64,000 bases of DNA, taken from NCBI RefSeq assembly GCF_036321535.1, contig NC_087438.1, positions 10,170,001-10,234,000 on the forward strand. The letters are read 5' to 3'. The DNA comes from Camelus dromedarius (Eukaryota). Shown here piece by piece: positions 1-14,199 of the stretch. The translations under genes and the position numbers were made by a program. Within the stretch, counting starts at the first letter, position 1; each line of letters starts with the position of its first letter. The notes beneath the pieces are model-generated. The model was given only the letters and a program-made list of their open reading frames with translations, had not been told where the DNA came from and did not search any database.

Positions 1-2334
1 ATATATAACTGTGAAATTCACAATGGAAGTAGGAATTTCAGTTCAACAAACATCAGAGGATGGATGGAGAACTGTATGGGGTCTAAAGAGAGAGCATCTC
101 TCTGTCTGCATTGCCCCCTCCCCTCCCTAGGAAAGGCTTCATGAAGTTTTGACTCCAGACTTAATAGAAGGATGGCAAGGCGGAGACAGTGATAAGAGCA
201 GAAGGAATAGTTTCCCGATTTTGAAGTAAATTCACATATAGTTTATAAATTTTTTGAGACTACCCCAGCTGTCCATCTAGAATGTCCCCTAGGTTTTCCT
301 GTCTCTCTAGCTGTTCCTTCCTAAACTCTTTGCCAGGCTTTCCTTCCTTTGAAACATAAATTTTGCTGTTTTTCAGAATTTTGTCCTTAGTCTGTGAGTA
401 ATCAGTTTTCAGATAGTAATAATAAAAGTTAATAGGAATCATACAGGTTTCTGGAATAAGGCTTTAGAAACTAAATGCAGCATGAAGTTTATTTGCTTTT
501 ATGAATGTGATGTGGTTATGTTGATTTATTCTAGCAAAGAAGTGATTTCTGAAAACAGGGTTAGCTTTTATCTACTAAATGCAGTTTAGTAGGGAGATAG
601 TTTCAAATCAGGAGCTTCACAGTGGGGATAAACGAAGACAGAAGGGTTCTTGGTGGCTGGAAGATTAGGAACTGATGTATTTATGTATGTGAAAATCATT
701 GTAAAAGTTTAGCTAAGCTGTCATCCTGAGACTGTCCCCCTCCCCCTTTTTTACATAACAGCAGATTTTCATTCCCCTCACTCTTCCCTTGCTGTGAACA
801 GTTGCATTTAAGCATTATCAGCATTAAAAACATATTTGGGAGGAAATCCAAGCCAAGCATCTGTTAAGCAGCCAGACATTCTCCAAAAACCCTTTCAGCT
901 GTAAGCAGTGGGTGTGTGCGCCTTGTCCCCTTCCACACACGCGGAGACTGGCTGCCTGCGTTCTTTGGGGAGGGGTGGGTAGGAGAGGAGGTGGTTCCTC
1001 CGCAGACTTTTAGACAAGGGGGAAGGGCATGGGGAGGGGAGAGACTACCTGTGTTTCACCAAAGGCATCAAGTTCTATGTGGTAGAAAACAAGACCCCAG
1101 TTATCAACATCTGATAAAATTCTGTAAGTCTAGTAATTGGTTTGAATTTGAGAGGATATTAAACTTGGATTTTTCTCCCCACTTTCTTTCTTTCATTTTT
1201 TCCCCCTCTTAGTACAGCCTCGATGGCATTTCTTCATTAAAGCTGTTGGCAAAACCCATTTTAGATACAATATGATGTAAGTTTGAAGTTTATATTATTT
1301 TCTCATGAACTGTGAAACAAGTTTGTAAGAGTTGTTCTTGGGTTCCTAGAGTGTGACTGGTTAAGTACTGGTGATAGTTTTTTAGGGAAATAGTGATGCA
1401 TTTCAGTACATTGAAAGGAGCAAAAATGTTATTTTAATTCTCTTTTTTTGTTATTTATCAGTGTTAAATTGAGGCTTTTTTTTTTTTTTCTTTCCCTACT
1501 GAGCTTATTTTTGGTGAAGACCACTAAAGCAGTTTGAGGGCCTTGTTCAAAGAGGAGTCTTTTCCAAAGACCTTTCTTTCATATTAACTTACAACAGGCT
1601 TTGTTTTGGGCCTGTCTCATCTATATTTGAATTCACAGTTAATGTGTAATTATCTCTTGAGCATCATAAATTTCCTTATAGTAAGAGAATTAAATGATAC
1701 TGATTTAGGGAAACCAAATAGAAATTATGGAGTAGGCAGAAGATTTTGTGATCTTTTACTAATCTTTGGTACGATCATAAAATCTGTCCGTAGTAAAACC
1801 AGCACTGTTTTAGGATGGCCTTTAGCGGGTACCGTGGGAGCAGGCTGGAGGGAGTGGAGAGAGTCAGCTGTTACTCCGGACTTTAGACTGTGTGTTTTAA
1901 AAAAGTTTTTAGAACCTTTTATTTATTTGAAACTTTAGTTATGTATAGACTGATTTTTATAATGTTGGACTTAGAGAACTTTCAGATTCTAAAACTGATT
2001 TTTTTTAGCATTATTTGCATTTGTATTTCATCACTTTAAATAGCACAATTTGAAGAAGACAAAGCAGTAACAACTAAAACGTGAATTTGATCATTTTAGG
2101 TTCTTGTTTCTTCTCTGGGCTCAGACACACTGTAATTGTCTTTGCTTCTGCTTTAACACGTTAGGTAGGATGTGCTAGTTGTATTAGTAGTGGAGTCTCT
2201 TGATGCCACATGAAGGACAAATTATATTCCATGAAAGCTTGGAATCTTTTTGTAACAGTGCAATAAATTTGAGTGCTTTAATTTTTACTAAAATTGAAAT
2301 AAATTATATTACTCTGACAGCATTCTTAATAAAA

Positions 2335-2581
2335 TAATAATGACAACCACTAACCTCAGTCACTTACGGTACTTAGCAAATGCCAGGCACTGGTCTGCAC
2401 TCTTAACTTGTATTAACTCTAACCCACAGTGCTGTGCCACAGGATGGACATACTGTTTCACAGATGTGGAAACTGAGGTACAGAGAAGTTAGGTGACTTA
2501 TTCAAGGCCACACAGCTCTTGTGTGGCAAAGCCAGGCTTGGAATCCAAGTGGTATGGTCTTACTTCTGTGTTCTTAACCAC
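2335..2581 (-). mobile_element. MIR SINE
   Basis: Core tttcacagatgtggaaactgaggtacagagaagttaggtgacttattcaaggccacacagct. Confidence 0.85.
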
Positions 2582-4004
2582 GTGCAGCTGTTCTGCTTGA
2601 TGTTTTCAGCTGACTGATGAAAAGTTCTTTCCTCCGCTACATTAATATGACCTTACAATATGAATATACATATCTATGTATGCAACAGGGATACACTAAA
2701 TCATTACCTTTTCTCAACCCGTGTATCTTACATAGAATATGTCCTTAGCAAAGAACACATAGAAGACCGATCCTATGGAAATCTGAAGTCTGGTCAATTT
2801 TTATGATTAAAAATATGATGACCATTGGTAAGATTTTTTCTTTGGGGAATCCTCACAAGAAGAAAATAAAGTGTTGTCTGCCAGTCATGGAGGACCGTCT
2901 GCTTCTATCTCCATACTCTCTAACAGGTGAATATTAGGAGGAATGCATAGTAATGTGGGGCCTTTTAATCCCCTCTTTGATTGTTCAGGCAGCCAACCCT
3001 TAATTTCCCACGTTGTTGGAGAATTAACTAGAAACGGGAGATACAGTCCCCACCTCTGTGGACTCCCTCTCTACTTGGAAAGGTGAATTGTAGGGGGACC
3101 ATGAATCACACACCTGGTCAGTAAGTTCCAGCTGAGGAGACTTTCAGGACAGAGCGCACAGCGATGAGAGTCCCCAGGTGTGGGATGGACACTGTCTTCC
3201 CTCCCCTAGTGCCAGAGCCAGCTCGGCAGGTGTGCAGCGGAGACTTCCGGGCCTTCTCACCCCTCCCTTGCGGCTCCTTTCTGGCTTCTCTCTTTTCCGG
3301 TAGTGTTTTGGGTGTTTGCACATCTGTCCCCGCCTCTGACATCACCCTCCCTTTCCTCTCCATCCACATTTACCTTCTTTCCTCCACCTTCAGTCCATAC
3401 CATAGAAAGAATTTTTTTTAAGTTTGATTTTGATTCAAGGCCCTATTCCTTAATGCTAGTAAACTTTTCCCACCCCCTCCTTAAGTTACTCTTAGCTTCC
3501 AGAGTCCTTGGTTGGTTTTTCTTTGTTCGTAGTCCTTGATTTTAAAAAGTTTTCACATACCTACGCCACTTTTATTATGAGGGTCTTTTGATTGAGAAAA
3601 TGATTTTTTGGAAGATATTGCACTTCACATAGAGATGATAATGAAAAAACAGTGTCTTAGAATGAACAGAGTATCTAGGTTTGAAAAAAATTATTCAGCA
3701 GGAGGCTGTAAGCCAAGCTAGTTTTTCCTCCCCAGCATTTGCTTTTCTCATACATTTGTAAGGAAAACATATGCCGTGAAAATAATTAGGTGCATTAAAA
3801 GGCCTTATTGACTTTTGTGTACTTGGCAGGTTTTTTTCCCCTTAATTGTGTGCATTTTTCACTAGTTTTTGTTTTGTATGATTAGTTTTTGGTATAGGCA
3901 TGCCAGTAGCCTAGAGCCTCCTCATTCATCAAATAAAGGATAAAAAAAAAATAGCAAAGGCCTTGTTTGAGCTTTCCACCTGCTGTTCCACAGACTAGCT
4001 GGTA

Positions 4005-4130
4005 CGCCGGCACCGCCACCGTGTGCAGCAGGGCCGGGCGGCGGAGGGCTCCTGGTGAGGGGAAGTGACTCAGATCCTGCCCGGGGCCTGGCTGGCTGCA
4101 CTGCTCGGTCACTGCCCGACGGAGGGGAGC
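4005..4130. promoter_or_regulatory. GC/CpG-rich patch with ETS/AP-1 composite motif GGAAGTGACTCA (4061-4072) and GC box
   Basis: Motifs read directly; the patch is set in AT-rich intron. Confidence 0.35.
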
Positions 4131-6505
4131 TCATTTACCATTTCATGCTTTGGGCCCATTAGTTAAAATAAGGAAAATAAAACATCAAGGAAAAAGTTTT
4201 GAGGTCTTTGAATAGAACACTTTAACCCAGGACTTGATGTTTCTTTCATGTAGGTAGATCCTAATACACTAAAAAAATATAACCTATTTTTCAAAAAAGA
4301 CGATTATTTTGCATTTGAAGTTGCCAGCTTCGGGAGTGCATTCTGAGGTTGTGATTTTTAATTTAAGCATTCGGTATAGAAGTGCATAGGATTTCAGGTC
4401 TGTGGTTCAGCTGTGTCTGCGTCCTTCTTCTAAGGCTCTCAGAGATGTAGGTAGCATTTTCACAGTACATGTAGAATACTTACAAGCAACTTATGGCCAA
4501 CTTTTCTGAATTGGTTATTTACTTTCTAGAATGAGTTTTCCTATAGGATTGATACTGGTGGCTCGGCTCTCAGGCCAGCCCCTACAAATCAACCTAACCT
4601 GTAATATCATTGAACTATTGTATTAAGAATATTAGAGAAAATAAACAGTGATCATTAATACAGATTTGAAGCTCTGATGGGCCAGTGGGACCAACCGTGT
4701 TTGCCCCTCACTGAAGCCCACTTGGCAAGAAGCAGGACCCTGGTCAGTGGCCAGGAATTCCGTGCTCCACTCCTTGTCATCAGCTTCAGAAGTAGCAGTT
4801 CCTCGTGCATTCTGGTGGGTCCATCAGGAATGGGCCCCGCTCTGGTAGGGACATCGCAGTCACCAAAGCTGGAGTGCAGGGTGAATGCCGTTTGGGGCTT
4901 GCATGAGAGTCAGCTGGAAGCTGAGTATTTAAACGCTAAGTGTACAAAATTCCCTGCAGCAGACACTGAAATATTACTGACATAAAGTTTGAAAAAGCTA
5001 GTGAATCTTTTGGGTCAGTGACAAGGTAGCATTTGTTGTGATAGAGTGTCTCTAACATTACTCCTGTGTGACTGTTTCACCATTCTTAGCTTGTAACAGC
5101 CACTCGCCATCCTGTGGTAGATCCACTTGTCCATGGTATTGAATTTGGTTTTTGTGAAAGCTCATTTGCACCTGTTGAAAATGCTGGCATAATTTCTACA
5201 TTGGACAACCCCAGAAACCTGAGCCCTTCTTTCACTGACGCTTCTTATTTCAGCTAGAACATTCTTTCTGAATGTGTGTGCTAGGATCAGGGTGTGTGCA
5301 CAGTTTTCAAATGGTGCAGTCTTTTTCTGCAACAACGAAGCTTCTGATTCGGGGAGTACCTCCAGTTCCTCCACCTCCTCCTTTACTTTTGAATTAAGAA
5401 GAGAAGGGCTTAGATTTCTTTTTTTTTTTTTTTTTTTTTAAGGCAGCTGCTAACAAAAATCATGTTTTCTTAAGAGCTGTGCTTGTCACCATGTAGTGAT
5501 GGTGTATGTCGGCCCAAGCTGGGGACAGTTCTGCTGGGATGAGTGGGCGATGCTGAGGCATGGAAGAGCTTCCCTATGTCCATCAGTAGCCTTTGCAGCA
5601 GACCGTTCCTGTCCCCACGGTGGTTTGTAAGGCTGTCTCTGCCTGTGCACACAGAGGCTATTGAGAAGAGCAAGTGGGTAAAGGGTGTGAGGGGGGTTGC
5701 CTTGGGCTCCAGGATTTGGGTAGTTGCTAGCCTGTTGACACCACTGCCACCCAGGGGTTCAACCTCTGAAAGCCCGATTTGCCAGATGATTCCCATTCTA
5801 GTTAAATGATGCAGGCTCTGGAATCAGCTCTTTTGAGTGTTGAGTATACTTGGCATCTGCTTCTAAATAGGAAAAGATTGAAGCTACCTAAGCACAGAGT
5901 GTATGTTAAGTACTGCCTGATTGTTCTGGAATGTAACTCTTAGGTAATAATATAATGAGAGAAACACTCATCATCCAGCCCCTTGATTTATTTAAACCCC
6001 TTGTAAATTTTACTTGCCCTCTCACCTTAAACCATTTATTTTATCTGATAAGGAGTTATAAACACTGTTTTATTGTATCCTTTGACTCAATTTAAATCAC
6101 AAGGTGAAAGTTCAAAGTAAACAGAATGCCTTTTTAAGTAGAAAAATAAAATGTAACTTAAGTTCAGGATCAACATTACTAAAGTTTCAGTATCTCCTTT
6201 CTCTTAAATTTAAAACTTGATTTATTAGACATTAAAGTAGGTGGGAATTCTCAGGTTTAATAACACCCAGGGCTGAGGAGTACCATGCTCGTGGAACTTA
6301 ATATCTTTGTCAGTGTTTTAAAACAGCAAGTCCATCCATAAAGTCTCATCTCCACTTTCCTGAGCTGTTGGGATGTGGGAAGGATAAAAGGGGGATGGGG
6401 CCAGCTTTGTTCCACCTGTATCCACCTCCTGGTAGCTTCACAGGTAGGCCCAAAGCTGTCAGTTCTCTGCAGGGTATTAGAACCGAGGTGCTCTAGGTAT
6501 TAAGG

Positions 6506-6540
6506 GCCCAGCCCAGCCCAGCCCAGCCCAGCCCAGCCCA
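6506..6540. repeat. (GCCCA)7 perfect pentanucleotide repeat
   Basis: Read directly. Confidence 0.95.
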
Positions 6541-8394
6541 ATCCAAAAATGTCACTTTTTCTTCCAACTCCAAACCCGCATCTTCCCTGGTTCAGCCATT
6601 TCTACAGAGCAAGCATATTGTTTATTCTTCAGCTCTCCTCTCTCCAGTCCCACCTCCACTCACCCTGCTCACTCCCCTCTGCATGGGGCTGGGGACCTGG
6701 GACAGGGAGGTGGTGGGTACGTGGGCAGGAAGGGTAACATCTCTTGGCTGTTAATACTGCCATTATTTTATTCTCCCTGATCCCGTCTCTGCAGCTGTCT
6801 GTTGGTTCTTCAGAGACATCCCCTCCCCCCACCTCCCAGAATGTTCCTAAATTCTGGTGAGGCACATTCCAGGTGGCCTTTTACAGCTCCCCTCCAGAGT
6901 CTCCCCTGGAGGTGCACCCTGCTCCCTACTGCCCCTGCCCCACTAGCCTGGCCCGGCTGCTCTCAGGACCTCTCCATGGTCCCTCTGCCCTCACCAGCAG
7001 GATGTGTGTCTGCCCAGACTGGAAGGTGTGGGCTGCAGAGTTTGCTGCCCTCTCTCCTCCCACCACCTCAGCCCTGCTGGGCAGGGGCTGGCGCCAGGAA
7101 ACCCCGCAGAGATGCGCCTGGGGCCTGGCGTTGGAATGCCTGGGCACTTCCCCCATCTGCCCTGGCTTCAGGCCTGAGCCAGGTTCAGGGTAATGGGGAT
7201 GTCCTGGTACTGTCACATTTGGGGATCTGGACTTTGCTGCCGTAATCCCTTGTTTTGAGGAATGGGTGAAAACCGCAGAATTATAGGGAAGATCGGTCTG
7301 AGTTACGGAAAAATTTAATGTGTAATTCATTTACAGTTGCAGTTGATACACAGCTTTACATGAACAGTTTTGTTAATTCTTGTATTCTGTTACAGTAAAA
7401 AATAAGTCTTAAGAAATTCATTCTTACAGTTTAACTCAGAAATTGAAATTACATTGTAGAAATTCTTAATCACTTGAAACTTGTTTTGGAAAATGCACTG
7501 AATTTTGTGGTCGTTTTCTTACAGGACGCACATGCACACATACACATACACCATTTAGATTTGTAATGTAAATTTCCATTGTGTACATTAAAATGTACCT
7601 TGACTTTGTCTCGTGACTTTACAGTCTGTATTGAGAGAGCACACCATTTGGACAGCAAAGTTCACAAGTTAGAATCTGTGGACTTAGATATCTCAATAAA
7701 AAAGACGAGCTATTTGCTGGCCTTTAGCTCTGCTTGGTTTTAGCTTTTGAGTATAGGAAATTTAGATGCATCTTACACTTCATGATATATTAGGAAATCA
7801 TGGGGTTAGAAATTGGTAATACACCAAGTTAAAATGATAAAAGGAGCTGTTGAAGGAATCATGCACTTATGTTATAACTTATGTTATTGCCTTCCCACTT
7901 TTTTTTTAATTAGAAAGAGATAGAATGTCCAATCTTAGGCTTTAGGTAACTGAAATTCTGTGTCATTCCCTTTTATTAAAACAGCTGCTGTTGAACTGTG
8001 TTGAATTCATTTGCATACTATTGACTGCCGCTTCAAAATGACATTGAGTAGATTAGGAAAGTAAAATACATTGATTTGAACCGTTCATTACTTTGATGGT
8101 TAATTTTATATTAATGAATAGATTGAAAATACATGGAAATGTTGCAGCCTGGGCCCCAGGCAGTGTCTTTGCTCCCGATGCTATGCTGTAGGGGAGGAGC
8201 CCCGGGTCCTGCCTGAGCAGAGGGCAGCTCATGCCTGTGCCTCTGCCCCCCTCCCCCAGGGTGGGCCCCCCATTAGTACTGCCCAGCATGGGCATCTGCC
8301 TGTCCTGTACAGACAAGAGGATGGCTCCTTCATGGTCAGGAACTGGTCTTTTCAGATGCGCATCATCAGAGCTGACACTGTCTTCACACTGTGG

Positions 8395-8575
8395 GTGCTC
8401 AGTGCTGTGCTCACTTGTCCTTAATCCTGAGAGCAAGTCTACACCTAAGACATTCTTGTCCCCATTTGATAGATGAAAACCCTGGTGCTCTAAGAGTTTA
8501 TTAACTCGCACATGATACTTCTGGGGTTTGATTCCAAGCCTGACTGACTGCCCAAAGGCAATGATCTCTCCTATT
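8395..8575 (-). mobile_element. MIR SINE (diverged)
   Basis: gtccccatttgatagatgaaaaccctggtgctc...ggggtttgattccaagcctgactgact resembles the MIR core. Confidence 0.65.
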
Positions 8576-11074
8576 ATTCTGAGCCCCCTGAAAAAAAGAT
8601 CTGCCAAGCCCCTGGCACAGACACTACACTCAACACAGGTGAGCGAGACGTGGTCCTACCCTGAGCGCTCACAGGTCAGGAATAGTCAGGGAGTCCTGGA
8701 CCTGCTAACCTCGAGGTCCACAGAGGGCAGGCTGGCTGCGGGTAGTTGACCTATATGTTGTTTCATAGAGGCAGCCACGTGGCTTCTCCATTGAAGTGGT
8801 GGAAATGTACGAGGGAGCCTTGTTGGTAAGGCAGGTTGGAATTGGAGAGGTTGAAAATTTGATTTCTGAGCACTAGAGCCATCCTAGGTGCTGGGTGAGA
8901 GGTGTTACCCTTTTGCAGCTGCCCATCACTCCAGGCTAAGGCTGATTTGCAAAGGGAGATGTGAGACGGGCAACCTTCTCATGACTTTGGCTTGAAAAAC
9001 AGCTGCACTTGCAGGACGTTGGAGGAGGGAATTACCGATGGAGAGTGTGTCCTGTGGCTCAGGCTTCATTTGTCCTGTTGTGCGAGTTTAATTGCATGTG
9101 TTGAGTTCAAGCAGGTGGACAGACCCCTCGGCACAAATACTTTGTCTCCAGGGCTGGGGAGTGAGCTTTAGTCAAGGCAGCCATAAAGGGCAGGCTTGTT
9201 TGCTCACGGTGCACGTTTGGTGAGCAGAGTGCTCGGTAATAACGTCATTCTCAGCCGACTCCTGGCCTGCTTGTTTAATAGAATCATCTTAAAATGTGCA
9301 GAGCAGCGCTGAACCCGTGATGACCTGCCTGGGGGCTGGTTGGAGGACGTGCCCGGGCTCGGCTCTGTGACACCCGGTGCAGCTCCGTCCTCCAGTGGAC
9401 TGACGTGGAGACCATGTGTACATCAGTCAGTACGCCACCTGCCCGGGATAGAGCGCTGAGGCAGGTCTGGAATAAGAACAGATGTTCTGCCGATTTCTTA
9501 CCTAGTTCATGAAAACCCCTTATTTTCCTTCCCTTTCCAGTTTTAGGAATTACCCTGTTAAGAACAATTGTGCTCGAGAAGGCACAGGGAAATGATGAAT
9601 ATGAATTTGTTGGCGAATGTAAGCTGCTCGATTTTATCATCTTGGGGGCATGTTTTATTTTTGACACAAAGAAAAGAGAAGGGGATTTTCACCAACAGAA
9701 GCTGCCGCCTCTCACATAGCTCTGTGCACTGCTTAAACTAGCGAGCAGTTGCTTCTCCCGCAGCCCGGCTCTGCACAAAGGGGATGATGTAATCTTTTCA
9801 CTGCCGGCCACGTGGCCCGCATGCCGTAGTCACTGTCTTCACGCGGACACCTCTGCGCTCGCTGCCTGGAACGACTGTGCATTTGGAATCGAGTTGCATT
9901 CCTTCTCCTTGCCCAGGCTGGCCTTCTTCACCTGTGTATCCACATGTGTGCCTTCGTGCTCCTGGGTAGTGTGGGTGGCTTTTCTTGCAGAAAAATGACC
10001 AGAGTAGCATGTTGTAGAGAGCCGTGTGGGTTGTGTGTGCACATTTAAAATTGCGGGAGAGGACACTGTTGCCACTAGCAACCACTTGCCTGTTTATTAG
10101 AGGGGTGAAATACCCACGGCTCAGGCTCCCCCTTCAAGCTTTCTGGTGAGTGCTGACCGCGGCTCACCTGCGCCTGGGTGCCCTGGTGGGGTGAGCAGAC
10201 AGACCGCGCTGCGTGCAGCTGCATGAACATGGAAGCGCATCCTTTCCAACTGAATGACTCGTACCACGCGTGCTGCCTTTGGTTGTCCTTCCTCCGTGGT
10301 TGTCACTCCATCCTGTTGATTTAGGGCAGTGACCGCTGCCATGGACTGCACCCTTGTTTGTTCAGCTTTGGGTTAAACGCTTTTCCTGCATTTACTCGTT
10401 AGGTTCTGCCAGTAGCTTCTGAAACACACGGATTACAGAGGTGGAAACTGCAGCTGGGGAAGGGGGGGTGCTTTGCTGCCCAGAAGACAGAGACAGGCTG
10501 GGGAGCACCTTGCATTTCATCCCTGGTTCTTTCTTTCTCTAAAGGAAAGATTAGGTTGGGAGCATTCTTTCTCCTCACACCACCCTGGTGATTCTCTGGC
10601 CAGTTTTTAAGAGTCCCTGGGTCTGTGAGCCCTTGGCCACTGGGCTTTCATGACACCAAGACAGCTCTGCTCCCCTGGACCTGGCTTTGTGGGTGATGTG
10701 ATTTTGGTGGTTAGGTACTATGGCCTGAAATAGGGAATTACAAGATTTCCTTGATCTGGGGGCCCCATGCCTCTAGGGACCTCACTGTTACACTGTATCG
10801 GCACTATTTTTAATCAGCATTTATAGGCTGCATATAAGGTAACAGAGCGTCTTAATCCCAGATTCTAAAACTGTCTTATTGAGAGAACTTGGAGCCTGAG
10901 TAGATGGGAGATGTAGAGGAGAGCTTACCTGCCTGCCTGTCACACACACGTCCCCTCGCATGGCCACCGTGCTCCCTGCCACAGGCTGGGACGGCCCGTC
11001 AGAAAGGCCTGGCTCTCTTCCTCTGGTGCAGGCTCAGGACAGGGGAGCAGAGAGCCGGGCTGTTATGTCTTTAT

Positions 11075-11185
11075 ATTTATTGACCTCATGTTTACGGAGC
11101 ACCATTGCCGGGCAGGTTTTGGTGCTTTATGTGTGTCATGTCATTGAATCCTCGCCGTGTCCCCAGGAGGTGGAGACTGTCCTTG
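11075..11185 (-). mobile_element. MIR 3' fragment
   Basis: gtgctttatgtgtgtcatgtcattgaatcctc...ccccaggaggtggagactgt resembles the MIR 3' half. Confidence 0.5.
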
Positions 11186-12992
11186 CAGGGGACGGCTGGG
11201 GCCTGGAATCCATCTGCAGAGGGAAGCAGAGGTGGAGGTAGCCGAGTTAATGGACGAAGCAGGTGCCGACAGAAGGCCTGGGATCAGGGAGAGATTATTC
11301 GAGAAAAAACTGTGTCTGTTTCAGTAAAATCAGAAGGGAGGAATGTTTGCAGTAGAGGCATTTGGAGGTGGAAGGGAAGAAAAGCGAGCTTGTATCTTAC
11401 CAGCTTGCTTTTCTTGATGAAATAAGAGGTGGCTGCCAGTGAAGGGGTGAGCCGAGGTCGAGGACTTGAAGGGGAGGGGTCGGGGGAGCAGCTGCGGTGG
11501 TTCAGGTGGCCTGGTGGCCGGCAGCCCCTCACCACTGTCCATTCACCTGGGGTGTGGTTTTGCTTATGGGGGTGACCAACCTGGGAGATGACAGTCAAGT
11601 CTAATCAGCACGTGATTCTGAAGGAGCCAACCTTTCAAGGATGTTCTTCCCAAGCAGTTACGTCTTTAGCCTTAACCAGATCCTGCAACATAAGACATTG
11701 AAGTAAAAATAACCAGTTTGGCTTTGTTTGTGCTTGTTTACAACAGGAAAAGGCCACTTGCTTACTGATTTCTCAGTTACGGTAACTTGGTGTCTTGTTC
11801 AAGATTTCATCTCATTAAAAATTAGGTGTCTTCTGTGCGAGGCTCTTTGGAGACGTTTCCTGTGTGTCAGGGCCGGCTCTCCCATCCTGTCTGCTCCGAT
11901 GGCTCTTTGTTCACGATCATTTTACAGCCAGTCCTTTTTCACCATCTCCCCACCTGCCTGACCCGGAGCCTGGCCTTCTCTCCGCTCTGCCCGCCCTCAG
12001 GCCCACCTCCCCTCCTTGACGGGGACATATGTGTTGTTTTGCGCCTGCTGAGAGCCAGGCATGTCACTGTCCTCCCACAGGACGCCAGAGTGGCAGGCGT
12101 GCTCTGCGGGGCTGACCTCGGCTCCTCAGGTGGCCTCGCCTGCGTCACTGAGGGACTCAACGTGTGTTCCTGTTGTGGGGCCTGTTCCAAGGGGCACCCT
12201 CTGCTCTCATCTCCTGTAGAAGGGACAAAAGATGACAGAAGAGCCCAGGAAACGATAAAGCCATCCTTGAAAGTTCCTTTAAAACTGACCTTTCCAGATC
12301 TGACATTCTCCCATTTGACTGGCCTGCCTGTGTATGAACCCAGTATAGGAAGTTTTTATATTATTTATTTGTAAACCAGAAGGCCTGGTTCCTGCAGTTC
12401 TGTCAGGTGAGCAGTGGGACAAGGTTCTGCCTCCTGGGCAGGTGTGCATCCTTCTGGCGTCTGCCAAGTCCATGGGGAGATGCCGTGGAGTGAGGCCGGC
12501 CCCTGGGCAGACTCCTCGCAAGACTGGCCTTCACATTTGGGGCTCCCAGACTCAGTGTTCGGCCGTACATGCAGCCACTGTCTAGGGAGCCTGGCCCCGA
12601 AACCATGAGTGGCAGTTTATTTGCTGAAGGAAACACCCTCTACAGCAGCATGATTCTTACTCACTGATGCAGATTACCCTGTCAGATCGCTGTCTGTCCA
12701 GTGGGAGTTAAGAGGAACTTTGCTGAAGAAAAGGAAGTGCTGATTCCAGGGAGGCCAGGAGCTCTGCGTTTGCCAAAGGGTGTGTGTGCACTGGAATCTC
12801 CCGAGTGTGGGAAGGAAATATCAAAAGCTTTTAAAAGATGCTTATTTATAGCTTATTATTTTCAAATATCTATTTGGGGATGTGTAATAGACCGGTACAA
12901 TAATATATTTATAACTTACAATTGGAGGCATGTAGGAAAATTCTTTGGTGATGGAATTCTTGAGCAAAAGCCCTGGAAGAACACTGCTTTAG

Positions 12993-13535
12993 TAACAGTT
13001 CTCAAAGTGTGGTTCCAGGATCCCATGGGCTCTCTGAGAACTTTTCAGGGAATCTATGAGTTAAAGCTGTTTTCACAATAGGCAAATACAGCCTGAGTTT
13101 TTTCTCACTCTGATTCTTTCCTGAGTGTCTCGTGATGTTTCCCGGTGGCTGCGTGGCATGCAGCTTGCAGCAGGTGAAAGGTGGAAGCAGGTTTGAGAAT
13201 CCAGGTGTGTCCTACGAGGCCAGATGTTAAAGCCCGTCTCCAACGTGCAAAATGATGCCAGCCCTTTTCTGATCTTCTTTGTAAATACAGATATTCTTAA
13301 TAGAAAGTCTTACTTATTTTAACATCTAATAGATTTATTATTATTACTTTTAAATAAATTAATTTTTAGCACTTTCTCAGGCTTAGTGTTTAGCAGAAGT
13401 ATCCTTGTTAGGAATCTAGACACTATGTGGATAGACTGGATGACTGCAAGAGCCCACAAAATCCAAGGCTCTTTGGGTTCCTCAGTGACTTTTAAGTGTG
13501 TAGAGGTCTTGAGAGCAAACCTTTGAGAACTGCTC
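12993..13535 (+). mobile_element. hAT-Charlie non-autonomous DNA transposon (Charlie1a/1b-like)
   Basis: Termini cagttctcaaagtgtggttccagga and ctttgagaactgct are inverted; internal gagaatccaggtgtgtcctacgaggccagatgttaaag matches the recalled Charlie1 consensus. Confidence 0.75.
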
Positions 13536-14199
13536 ACTGTGTTAGGAGTCTGGTAGGTTTCTCTGGGTTGTGCAGTCCAGCAAGATGCCCACAAGAGGAG
13601 CCTGGGGAAGGAGGACCCTGCTGGTGGGGGGACAGGAAGGCGAGGGCCCCTTTGTGCCTCTGCCTTGGCCCCCCTCCCCATTTCTGCTCCAGCCCACACC
13701 AGTAGCACAGATGGGTTATTATATGGGGATCCCTGACACCCTAAGACCAACCTACAGCATTATTTCTGTGTGGAAAATCCATTCCTAAAATCCAGTAACG
13801 GTGGACTAGCTGGCCAAGTTTTGGAACACAGGCCGTTTGGTGGTTAGGGACGGAGTTTCTGTGCAGGTCTCCACGGCAGTTCCTTTTTGGCAGTTACTCT
13901 CAAGGAGTCTTAAATAGGAGGAACTGTTCGGGGAATTCAGTTGAGATAGAAATAGAAAGGGAAACATCTGGGGTATCCTGTTCTTTCAGTCTCAAACTCT
14001 CAGGACAAAATGTGAACATCTAGTTTACTGTTCTATTAGCCCAGAGAGCATAGGACCTAAAATTAATTTCAAACTAATCTCTTGTCCAATAATGTGCTTG
14101 TTTTCATTTCCTTGTTCAAGTCATTTTGGTAAAAGGTACCAAATGGTTGCATCTTTAGACAAATACCCAGGCTCATCTGACAGACAAGCTTTAGAGAGG

